The notes below the pieces were generated by a model that saw only the letters and a program-made list of their open reading frames with translations, was not told where the DNA came from and did no database searches. The translations under genes were made by a program, and so were the position numbers. A stretch of 20,000 nt of DNA. Source: Catajapyx aquilonaris. Its lineage: Eukaryota. Shown piece by piece: positions 9,576-19,220 of the stretch. Within the stretch, counting starts at the first letter, position 1; each line of letters begins with the position of its first letter. The stretch spans positions 54,330-74,329 of the forward strand of contig JYFJ02001627.1 of the NCBI GenBank assembly GCA_000934665.2. Direction: 5' to 3'.

Positions 9576-10510
9576 GTTATTATTATACCTTGTAAAATGT
9601 TTGCAGGGGATAATAAGAAAATACGGGTTTGCTATTAATTTTGCGCATGGTATGCAGTTAATAGGGCTACTATAAGCAAACATTGATTGCAGTTGTAGGC
9701 TACTTGTAAAACGTCTGAAATACTGGGACTCTTTTCGATCAAAATGTAATTTTTGTGTTGCTGAAATTCTAATAGTTGAGCCTTTGTGCAAGCCCAAAAA
9801 CGTCTTACATCCGGAATCTTCCAAAAGGCTCTAAACCCGTCTAAAGTCTAAACAGTATATAAGGCTCACCTACCCATCGTGTATACACAGTATACAGTAA
9901 TCATGTAGCTTATTAGTGAGTAATGTAACTATAATCCAGTAACTGTATGATGTCTGCCAAAAAAAATGCTTTGACTAAACTCATTCTTGTGCTATAAAAC
10001 CATCATCACTTATATGTTATTTTTTCATAGGTTTTACCTTGGGCGAGTGCTGATGCTTAAATAGCGCCAGAATGTTAGACACGTAGTACAATATTATACC
10101 TTTTCATAATGATAGGATATGTAATTAGAACAAGGCTGGAAAAATTATAGTGCAGGCACTGCTCTGTTGGTGTCAATATGGGGCAGATTTACAAAAGTCA
10201 CATAACGATTAGTCAACTATTTGCTCTAACTCTCATAAGTTATTTCTTCTGAAACCATTCAATAGTCGGGCAAAATTCAACATGTCAGTAGGCTAGGGTG
10301 ATGTTACTTGCAATAAGCTAAAACTTTCATGAACAGGCTCACCTCACACAGCACATGACAGCTATGCATGCGAATGATGGGATTAATAACTAAATCCCAT
10401 AAAGCTACAGAGCGTTCGAGCGAAATAATAAAATTGAGTCTCTATATTCCCGATAGTTTATAAATAGCCTACTAACAACTCTGACTAATACAACGATCAC
10501 TTACTTCCAG

Positions 10511-10602
10511 AAGAATCCAGCATAGAAACCAGGAAACAGTTCTTCAAAGAGAGCAAGAAAATGCCACCAAGCAACAGCCCCGAATTTATGGGCTACAAGC
10601 CG
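10511..10602 (+). CDS. Penultimate coding exon of the same Ig-family gene (EESSIETRKQFFKESKKMPPSNSPEFMGYKP)
   Basis: Branch ctgactaat, acceptor cttacttccAG, donor CCG|gtaggt; 92 nt, phase 1 to phase 0, exactly bridging the phases of the flanking exons with no stop. Confidence 0.8.
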
Positions 10603-11365
10603 GTAGGTAAATGAGGGAAGATTGAATGATTGTGCAAGTTACGTACTATTTCTCAAAATAATTCCGGAACAAACGTATCCTGGCTAGCTTTCTATAAACG
10701 TTACGGTTTTTTCTCTTTAACTTTAACCTTGCTATACAGGGTGAGTCATAACTCAAGAAATGACATCGTGTGTTTCAGATGGCTATTACAGAACAAAGTG
10801 CAGAGATTCTACCCGCAAGCATATGGCAACAAAATTTTGGTATATTGTTCTTTAAAATTTACGTGTATAATGAAAATACAACCACTAGAGGGTGCCCATC
10901 TCTTCTCTTAGCTGTTATGAGGGACAACCAAATGATAATTTACAATTGTCAGTTACTTATCAAACTTCAGTTTGAGTAAACAACGTGAGGGCTACTGGAA
11001 GGAGGCGAAAGGCCCGAGCAGCTCAAGTCAGATATGGAATATTGAATATTTTCGTGAGGATTTGAATGAGCGATCCGTCAACACTCTTGTGATGTGGATG
11101 AGCCTCATACGCATATTCTCCCACACGCACCTTGTCACAGTTTCGGTGTCACCAGTCGTGTCCATGGTCGAAGGCCCCTCCCCATGTTTACACACTTGCC
11201 TGACATAGTTATACGCAACAATCCGAATGCTCCATTGCCTCCTCTCACTAAACAAACTGAAAGGCAAACAATGGCCGGGGGACATTCTTAAGAAATAGAA
11301 GGTTAGGTTTTTAGACTTTTTTATTTCGCCACTAATTTGGATGTATAATAAGCCGAATATCCTTA

Positions 11366-11515
11366 AGGCCATTTCACAAAAAAAATGTCGCGCGGCAAAC
11401 GGCGCGACTTGCGGCAAATTTATATTTATATTTACTGTTGCCAATTGTTGGCAACAATAAAATTTGCCGCAAGTCGCGCCGTTTGCCGCGCGACATTTTT
11501 TTTGTGAAATGGCCT
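11366..11515. mobile_element. PIF/Harbinger-type MITE, 150 bp, perfect 56-bp TIRs, TTA TSD
   Basis: tta|aggccatttcacaaaaaaaatgtcgcgcggcaaacggcgcgacttgcggcaaattt and its exact reverse complement ending ggcct|tta; central tgttgccaa/ttggcaaca hairpin. Confidence 0.95.
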
Positions 11516-11940
11516 TTACGCTGCTCTGGTCGCCTGTGGCCCCTGTTCGCCCTCCAGCCCCAGCTCCTTCTCTGGCAGTGCTCTGACGCTGCCTGGACCG
11601 CCCCTCCTTCCTGCTGCCCGCCGCCCACGGGGTTGTTTCTGGTAGCGCGACGGCCCATGGTGGTCACCCGGTGCTGCCCTTAATGGTGATGGTGGGCAGC
11701 ACCAGGGCCGTCGCGCTTCTCCCGCTGCAGGATCAGGACCAGCCCCCTTTTCAGGACGGCGCACTCCTCATCTTCAGACCCGGCTTCCTCAACAGCCTTC
11801 AGGCATTTCTTCAGTACCTGAATTTTTCTGGCGCCGTCCCTACTGGTGGTAGGCTGGTCTCTCAGGGCGGACAGCAGGACACTCTGGAATGGTCGAGCTG
11901 CTGGGGCTGGAGCTGGGGCCGGGGTGTACTTGGGGGCCAT
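11516..11940 (-). CDS. Nested antisense orphan gene or pseudogene (MAPKYTPAPAPAPAARPFQ...; 86 aa to the stop at 11680, probably once extending to TAA 11516)
   Basis: GC-rich island; ATG at 11940 two bases after a clean 69-nt intron (11943-12011: GTAGGT..ctaac..ttccttttcctttcAG); AATAAA at 11320-11325 lies about 40 nt past TAA 11516 once the MITE is removed. Confidence 0.55.
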
Positions 11941-12149
11941 GTCTGAAAGGAAAAGGAATAATGTGTGTAATAAAACTAGAATGTTAGGGAGCGATGCTTT
12001 TTGCAACCTACTCTTTTTAGCGACGAGCAGCGTTTGGCCTCAACAGTGAGAGTGTTTACGACGCGTAGCTTAGGGATATGCCTGGTGGTTGTCAGGGAAG
12101 CGAACACAATAATGGTGCCAATCGAATTCTGATGGAGTGAACGTATACT

Positions 12150-12490
12150 TATTAGTTATTATGAAAGGCATGATATGCTTACACGGATCGGGGTGGTAAT
12201 CCCTAATCCGGAAGTCATCTAGTCATTGATGACTTTGAAGATTCCTTTTGGTCCAGGTTGCCGATTCAATAACCAGGACTGTGTAGTCTATGCTCTGGCC
12301 TCAAAGTCAACCATGATGATGGAACCCGCCTTGAATGTCGGGCTTACATTTTGCTAGGTTTGATTTTGTCATGATGCCGAATATTGTACGGTGGAGCGTG
12401 GAGGTTGTTGCCGACCATGTAAGAAGTGAAAATGCTTCTAAAGTATTGGCGATATCAATGAAAATATGGAAATATCCAGGTATACCCCTT
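12150..12490 (-). pseudogene. Possible MULE (Mutator-like) transposase remnant
   Basis: Minus-strand frames give FHIFIDI..AFSLLT..TIFGIM, then TFKAGSIIMVDFEARA (cf. F.P.sim.DFE.A), then GIFKV..GL and HIMPF, in the order expected for the MULE catalytic domain. Confidence 0.4.
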
Positions 12491-13301
12491 TTCAACTTTT
12501 AACATTGAAAATGACCACAAGAGGAAAGCAAAAATTCCTCACTTTAATTGAACTTTTATAAAATGTCCAGTGTTTAAAATTTCATGTTGTTCACTCAAAC
12601 TAATGATAAATAACCATGATAATTGTAAATTATTACTTGGTTGTGCATTTTAACATCTCACTTGAAGAGGTATGACAATTATTGGGCAACATAGTTCAGG
12701 CAATTTTTTTCTCATTAAACGTCAGTTTTAGTGAGCATTGTTTACACAATAAACCATTTGCGCGTCCACGGGCAGAAGGTCCGTAGCCTACTCTGGTTTG
12801 TAATGAGCCAACCTGGAGCCAACTGAACAACGCAACGTGATCACTTTTACTCTGCACTGCTCAATTTACGCAAGTGCAGCAAGAGTGTGAATTCTGGCCA
12901 CAATCTGACACACATTCTGGCATTTTTTCGTCTGACCATCAAGGTTACCAGTCATATCATCCTGATGCATATCAGTGCATATACAACCTCACATTTGTCC
13001 CGACGACAGCAGAATAACCTGCAGCCGCAAAATGACACTTATAGCTTGTGCCACGACAGCTACTGACAGAAAATGCCTCATCGACTGGTCACCCTGAGGT
13101 TACTGCTGTTATTTTTCTGATATCAATCCACCAGAGTGCTGACTGTTGTGTAGCTCCAGTATAGCCTACCATTACATTGCCATTGAGCATTGACCTAGAG
13201 CCCTAGACAGTAGTGCACGTAGCCTACTATAGAAACTGCCAGTATTGCAGGTATGAGGATGAGACCAGTGACGTATATGCTAATACGAAATGTTTCCCCA
13301 G

Positions 13302-13616
13302 GTGGTGGCAGCAACGGCCACGGTGGGTACGCCGGCGGCGGTGAAGGAGCGAAGCCGGAGCGGAGATGGCTTCATCCCTCTGTCGCTGCCCCTGCCCCAC
13401 ACGCACGCTGCTGCCCCACCACCCCTTGCCCCGGCTCCATCGTCCCAGCAGCAAGTAGGCAGTGCCTTCGTGGTGGACTGCCCCTGGGCCGCCTACCAGA
13501 GTGCTTCTTCCCTCCAGCGGGTGACCAGGCCCAGAGACAAGGACCTGGATTTTCTGGGCGCCGACCTCATCCACGAGACTCTCTACTCCGACCGGGTGCC
13601 CGAAAGCTGCGTCTAG
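13302..13616 (+). CDS. Terminal coding exon of the Sidestep/nephrin-like gene, ending ..LYSDRVPESCV*
   Basis: Branch gctaat and acceptor tgtttccccAG, phase 0; GC-rich open frame to TAG; class I PDZ-binding motif E-S-C-V, resembling the R(L/I)PESCV ending recalled for insect Sidestep-family proteins. Confidence 0.85.
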   Translation: MVAATATVGTPAAVKERSRSGDGFIPLSLPLPHTHAAAPPPLAPAPSSQQQVGSAFVVDCPWAAYQSASSLQRVTRPRDKDLDFLGADLIHETLYSDRVPESCV

Positions 13617-13797
13617 AAGGATCCTTCTTCAGACACCACTCTTCCTCCGCCCGCTGCTGATCAACATGCAGCTGCAGAGGTTTCCGCTAATCGTGTGCAC
13701 ATGCTACACGTCCAAGTTTCTGTGTTGTAACCTTTGTCCGGCCGTGTGCGCCAGTTGGCTCCGTCAACCAAGAGACAAAGTAATATACTTGTTGTCA

Positions 13798-13920
13798 AGA
13801 CCATTTCACAAACACCAACCTGCGGCACGTTCTGTTTTATGGCGGTTGTTTCATGGCTAGATGGACAGCTCCGGCCGCCCCGTCCGCATTAGTCAATCGG
13901 ATGTTTTTGTGAAATGGCCT
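13798..13920. mobile_element. Older Harbinger-type MITE sharing termini with the 11366 element, in the putative 3' UTR
   Basis: agaccatttcacaaa ... tttgtgaaatggcct; internal sequence differs; TSD not preserved. Confidence 0.7.
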
Positions 13921-14649
13921 CGTATTATGTTTGTCGGTGGCGCTTACTGATGGGCATCTCTCTGGACCAAAGTTTTGGAGGGAGATGATCATGCTCACAT
14001 GGGGTACCCGTCAGGGAGGGGGTAGCAAGGTCTACTTTTTGATGCCAAACGATAGGATTTTGTCAATATTATTAAATGTCACATTGTTCAAGTTGTGGGA
14101 AACAAATCCTGTCGCGTTATGACTGTTTCAGAGTGATGGCAAGTGCTCAACTGGACACTGAGGCTAGCTACAGTGGGTGCTGCCGGTATATTACCTTTTT
14201 ACAGCCGTTTTTTGTTCACGTTTTGCCCGTATGATTTTGGAACGGATGAACATTATGTGTCCGCATCTACGTCATGTTTGTGCAGTGAGTAACCATGCTT
14301 ACGTCCTGTCTACACTGAGACAGCACTTACTCATTGGCACATTTGTTTCCTCTTTCTGTACCGTGAGAAAGTGTTTGCTACATTTGAATGGAGTGCAACC
14401 TTTATGACCATAATTAACGACGCTGTGGCGGCAGTAGAAGCGGTTTGGACCACACTTTTCTAAAATATTTTTTAACAAAACACTACTGCTACAAGTTTGT
14501 TTACATTCCATAAGACCATAGGAGGTGTTGATATGGAGCTAAACCACTTTGCATTTAGCTTCTGCCGCCGCTGTGTTCTGAGCAGATGTCGTCTGATGTG
14601 GGCATAAAAGTCGACTTCAGTGTTGGTATTCTCTATATTCTTTGGGGGG

Positions 14650-15892
14650 AAACTAAGAAAAAAAATCGCCGACATTTGCTTGGACGTGACACTCTAGAAA
14701 TGACTCAGCTGTGGCTACAAATTTTTTCGTGTGCAACATGGACTGCATCTGTGTCCTCTTTCTCTCATTTTGTACTGTTTGCAAGATGCTGGATATAATT
14801 GAACTATCCCTGGAGGACCAATTGGGAACTGTCCAGTTCCCACGCAAAAAAAAAACAAGTGTTGTTGCTACTGCATGTGAGTTTTCTCCTTGTCAAGGCA
14901 TAATAGGCAAGTGAGAATAAAGGGCTGTCATTCTCCTTGAGTCCTTTTACAGGTTACATTTTTCTGGTAATTCCCATGTCGAGTAATCAAAAATGAAAGA
15001 AGCATTGATCTCCGAAAGATTTTGATGCGAGATTCACCCAGACAGGTCCTCAAGAGCACGTGGGTTCAAATCACGTCACAATTCAGTTTGGAATCATTAA
15101 ACCACATGTAACTTGGAATTAATAGAGCTTGAACCAGGCCCCTTAAATGCCATCCAGGACAGCGCGACACTCAGGTCAAGTTCACAGTATACCAAAGCAT
15201 CATTTCTTTCCAGGATTAAACTCTATGTGAAGGATCGAGAAGCGACTAGAAACTCATGCATGTCCCACACCGCCGGATGTGAGTCCTAATGACTTGTCCA
15301 AATGCAGCTCTCGTCTCCCTCACACTTGGGTGTGACTTACATGGAAATTGAAGAAAAATTGGAGCCTACAGATGCAATGCAAAACTTTGTTTTCATGACA
15401 GTTTTGGTGGGTTCTCCACTTCCCTCCATGTTCATGTGGGTTTTTAAAAGGGTTCTCTTGTTTCCGTTTTATTGCCAATATGAAAACGTCGTTTCAAAGA
15501 TGTACCGGTATGTCTGTTTCCTGATAGTGGGCTGGGTCTTGACCTCCAATATATAGCCTACCTAAGTAACAGGCTAGTTTCAGTGAAATACCGACAATAT
15601 CACACCAGCACGTGTTAAAGTCAGGCCCAACAACAGTCCCTCATCCAGTGTTCGGAAAGGTTCGTTGTTACTGTGAATGTCCTTAGGTTGAAGCCATTCA
15701 ACCACGTCATCCTAAGTAACAAATCGTTGTAAGATGCATACATACACGGACATAATTAAGGTACCCACTTGAAGAAGTCTGTTTTTTTGCTGAGCTTTGC
15801 AGAAGTCTCTTCTCTTTGGCATCCTCTTCAGGCTCCAGATGCTGGTCAAGGTTCAGGATGTCGACTTCCACAATCTTCGGGGATTCCATCAT
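14650..15892 (-). pseudogene. Decayed, internally deleted piggyBac transposase (PGBD-like)
   Basis: Colinear motifs: acidic N-terminus, EW..PF...G, RYFTE, TIRKQTYRY (15502-15528, cf. IV.QTN.YA), KWR/PT, CMS..SRF..LH, FNPGK (15206-15220), LSVALSWMAFKG (15139-15174, cf. LSVDESMVxFKGR), LDKEK, and Cys-rich RCSPCC (14733-14750). Confidence 0.75.
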
Positions 15893-16206
15893 TGTCTCAG
15901 TTTTTCACACACAAGCCATCCCTATACAGAAAAATATACCATAATTATGTTTCATATTACGAGGGCCTTTCCAAAATGATTTACAATATAATTATGTTTT
16001 TGCCGAAAATACAGGAACCATGCAGGTCGGAAAATAGGCACACAATATCGACAGAACCCTCCCGGAGCCGAATGCACAGGAGTCATGGGTGTGGCAACCT
16101 CTGCAGACCTCTGCCCCGCCCCCCAGGAACCACTTTTTGGAGGTGCGACTCTCCTATACTACCGGGCAACTGCTCAGTCAGCAACTATCAACAATGTCCT
16201 TATAGT

Positions 16207-16626
16207 TAAAATGGCGTCGGCGAAGGGATTTTTTCATGGATCTTGCTTTGAGTGCTTCCATATACTATAACTTACCCACCGTACTTACAAGTTTTCAAAA
16301 GAGCGAAAGAGAGTGTTTTTTTGCAGAACGGTGTAATTTTTGAACCTGGGGTTTTGGTCAATATCTCGTCAACGGTGCAAGATATCGCAAAAATAACGAC
16401 ATTTCACCCCCAAAGGGCCACAACCTTTCATGTTTAGGCCGGGTAAGTGTTCTCGCATACCAAAAACCGAAAAACCGGAAGTTGCGTCACTTACGCCCCT
16501 GGCGGAGCCGTAGGATATTAACCCACATGACTCAGATTTTTTACCTGTCAAAAGGATCGCCCAACACAACTTTTTTTCACTAGCGAACTACAACTTTCGA
16601 AAAAAAGTGTTTTTCGAGCCGCCCTA
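16207..16626. mobile_element. Terminal or subterminal region of a DNA transposon (ends gagccgcccta)
   Basis: Contains aatatctcgtcaacggtgcaagatatcgcaaaa and aaaccggaagt motifs common in insect DNA-TE subtermini; the reverse complement starts TAGGGCGGC; no partner end found. Confidence 0.4.
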
Positions 16627-16789
16627 CTGTACAGTACATATCCATAGAACCTAGCTGCCACAAGGCACCAGGAAACACAGAGGAAAGAAGAGCAGGTATA
16701 CGTCCGTGTGTTTGGTCTCAGAAGTGTTGGAGTGATGCCTTCATGTTCAGATTATTGTGTTATCGTCAAATTTTATTTTTTATTTTTTA

Positions 16790-17035
16790 ATTCCGATACA
16801 AAATTTTCAAATGTAATTGTAAAACCGGGGTTAATGCGAAACGGCGTAAAATGGAGCTGCGTAAAACGGGTACTTCCCGCATGGGAAATCTTTCTTGGCC
16901 ACTTCACAACCAGCAAGCTATCATAATTTCCACGTTATCACAATTTTTCAATTTAAAAATTTTATGATGTCATTTTCAAACAGGCGTTAATGTGGAACGG
17001 CGTAAAATGGAGGGGTGTAAAACGGGTACCTACTG
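16790..17035. mobile_element. Tc1/pogo(Tigger)-type MITE fragment
   Basis: Right end ..aaaacgggtacctACTG|TA; two direct copies of ttaatg.g.aacggcgtaaaatggag..g.gtaaaacgggtac (~16831-16873 and ~16987-17029). Confidence 0.7.
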
Positions 17036-17232
17036 TATTATTTTGATAATATTGGACCTGGACGGTGTTATGCAATAATGCGTCAACCCACGCGAGACCA
17101 GTTTTGAGAAAAAGGGCTTTGAAGGTCATACCTGGGAAATTAATTCAGTGTTCTTTTCGGTCATTTATGGCAGAAGTATGCAGATTATTTCACCAGCGTG
17201 ATTTTAACTGAATGAAGTAGAATCATTTAGGT

Positions 17233-17449
17233 CAGCGGTTCTTAGCCTGTGGTGCCCGCACCTCCAGGGGGTGCGAGGTGGCTTCCCTGGGGGTGCGAGC
17301 AAGGTGCACCTCTGGACTTAATCTAACCAAGAGCTAATAACTGGTCTAACTATGAACTTAATCAATCACCCCTGGTATAGGGGGTGCAACAAGGACCAAT
17401 ATATTGTCTGCAAAGGGGTGTGGAGGCCCGAAAAGGTTAAGAACCTCTG
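17233..17449. mobile_element. hAT (Charlie-like) MITE
   Basis: TIR cagcggttcttagcct / aggttaagaacctctg; gggggtgc subterminal repeats; degenerate 8-bp TSD atttaggt/ctttgggt. Confidence 0.85.
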
Positions 17450-18399
17450 CTTTGGGTGCATGTTCCTGGGCTTGGCTCAATTTTGACATTTTTGTGGGTT
17501 GGCCAATTAATGCATAACACTGTCCAATTATCCCTCCGCTTTCGATCACTTCTGTATACGTTGACTGACACCAAGTTCAACATATGTACCAGACACTACA
17601 CACGGGTTTGCTGCTATAAATTAATAAATAAATAACATATTTTGATAATCTACGTATGTTAGGCAAAAAAAACAACATTTGTTTGCCTGTGGCAACAGAA
17701 TTTTGTTGGTGATTACCAAAGAAACAGGCCTGTAAATGGTTTCAAATTTTGCACTTCCCCCAATTTTTTTATCCCAATTTTTTCATGTCCCCTCCCCCCA
17801 ATGTATCTCCACCTTGCCTGCCGTGGTGGTGGGCTTTCGTTTTCCCATGATCCTGAAGAGCTATGCCGGCGGTAGTTTCGCCTACAGGTCTTTGGGATAG
17901 GAGACAGACTAAGAGAGATACCAGTCTTTCCTCTCTTCTTTTTCCTCTTTGTTTCTCTCTCCATCAGTCCCACCTTTTTGTATTCTGATAACCACATAGC
18001 CATAGTTGCGTGGCTCTTTATTACGCAAACAAACCAGAATTCTTACACCCTTCGAGTGCCTACATATGCAAGGGAATGAGCTTGAGATCCAAGAAGATTT
18101 CGGTGTAATTATCCACGCTCTTTTTTTCCCCGTGCGAAGAACGGGTACCGCTGCTCGTGGCAATATAATTATAGCTGGTACAGTAGGCCTACTCTGCGGT
18201 CGATTTCTCATAGTCTAGATTGTACGTGTCTGGGGCCGAAGGGGGTAATACTTTGCTATGTGTAAAATTATTAATATGGTTATTTTATTCCCAAATTTCC
18301 CTATGACCTCTCTTTTGGTATTTGGTGTGCACAGGTCAAATCGTGAGATTCCAACAGATCGTCTTCAAATTTTGTGGGTAGATATATGCGGTTAGCAAG

Positions 18400-18701
18400 G
18401 TCAAAATACAAGCCAAAAAGAGATATTCCTAAGCCACAACACGTGCATCCGGTCGCATGTATCTGCTGACCGGTCGCGGGTAGCCGAGACTGATATCAGT
18501 GATATGTAAAATAATGATTGATTAAACTTTATTCATAAATTGATACATAAATTTGATTTCGAAGCGCGTGAGATGCGATATTCTACGTGCTCGCGCCACC
18601 CTAGAGCTCGCTACAATCGCGGCGACCGGTCGCACCTGCGACCCGCGACCGGCTGCTAGGTGTTGTGGCTTTGTAACATCGCATTTAGCTTGTATTTTGA
18701 C
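18400..18701. mobile_element. MITE with ~58-bp imperfect TIRs, family undetermined
   Basis: gtcaaaatacaagc..aagccacaacac..ccggtcgc versus gcgaccgg..gtgttgtggctt..gcttgtattttgac; internal gaccggtcgc repeats. Confidence 0.8.
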
Positions 18702-18845
18702 GTGAAAATTAGCAGCAGAGGTGATGTTTGCACAACACTATAGGCCAAGCAGAATTAGAAAATTTTAAACAAATTAAAAATTTAGGAGGGTAAAAAGAGT
18801 TAGATTGGTTGTGAGCGTGTGTTTATTTACGACGTAATATACGAC

Positions 18846-18945
18846 CAGCGTTGCCAACCTGTACGGTATTGTAGGGGCATACGGTAATCTATTCCTTTGC
18901 ACGGTGTACGGTAATGACATGTACGGCATACGGTAATCTCGCTTT
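18846..18945 (+). mobile_element. One end of a hAT (Tip100-like) element
   Basis: CAGCGTTGCCAAC terminus followed by repeated tacggt(aat) subterminal motifs. Confidence 0.6.
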
Positions 18946-18965
18946 TGTGTAGCCTACTCATAAGT

Positions 18966-19020
18966 ATAATAATAATAATAAGAATAAGAATACAACAACA
19001 ACAACAACAACAACATCATC
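18966..19020 (+). repeat. Compound microsatellite (AAT)/(AAG)/(AAC)/(ATC)
   Basis: Direct reading. Confidence 0.9.
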
Positions 19021-19125
19021 ACGACATTTCCCTATGAGGGGTAGTCAGCGATGAAGGGAGACGCAAGCTAACCCAACAATGAACTAATAAAACTCATGAG
19101 AATAAACCTAAAAGAAATTTAAAAA

Positions 19126-19165
19126 ATTATTATTATTATTATTGAGAATATTTATATTTATTCTC

Positions 19166-19219
<54 letters not shown>
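19126..19219. repeat. AT-rich palindrome (ATT)6GAGAATA-loop-TATTCTC(AAT)18
   Basis: Perfect 25-bp stem (19126-19150 with 19159-19183) and 8-nt loop, continuing as (AAT)n. Confidence 0.92.

Positions 19220-19220
<1 letters not shown>

Larger units (their letters stand above)
10737..12855. mobile_element. ~2.1-kb segment bounded by long degenerate inverted repeats with a mariner-type left terminus (TA|CAGGGTG)
   Basis: 10911-10988 (acaaccaaatgataatttacaattgtcagttacttatca..agtttgagtaaacaacgtga) is inverted-complementary to 12582-12657; weaker similarity extends to about 10755/12845. Right terminus degraded. Confidence 0.65.

Noticed and set aside
13227..13660. Overlapping ORFs 13253-13660 (+) and 13227-13574 (-)
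   Set aside because: Shadow frames of the GC-rich terminal exon; only the 13302-13616 frame has the matching phase and ESCV end.
15712..15768. Possible intron in the piggyBac remnant (GTGGGT..TTAG)
   Set aside because: Splice phases do not join the two frames as written; cannot be supported in a decayed copy.
16831..17029. Direct repeats (also tacggt repeats at 18860-18940) as CRISPR-like arrays
   Set aside because: Eukaryotic context, few and irregular copies, and located next to transposon termini, so they are subterminal repeats.
17850..17885. ctgaaga plus stem as a hammerhead ribozyme core
   Set aside because: The required GAAA after stem II is absent (reads tttcg) and strand arrangement is wrong.
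18230..18395. Helentron/DINE-like motifs (gatcgtcttcaaattttg)
   Set aside because: Only short motif resemblance; no subterminal inverted repeat or 3' hairpin could be identified.
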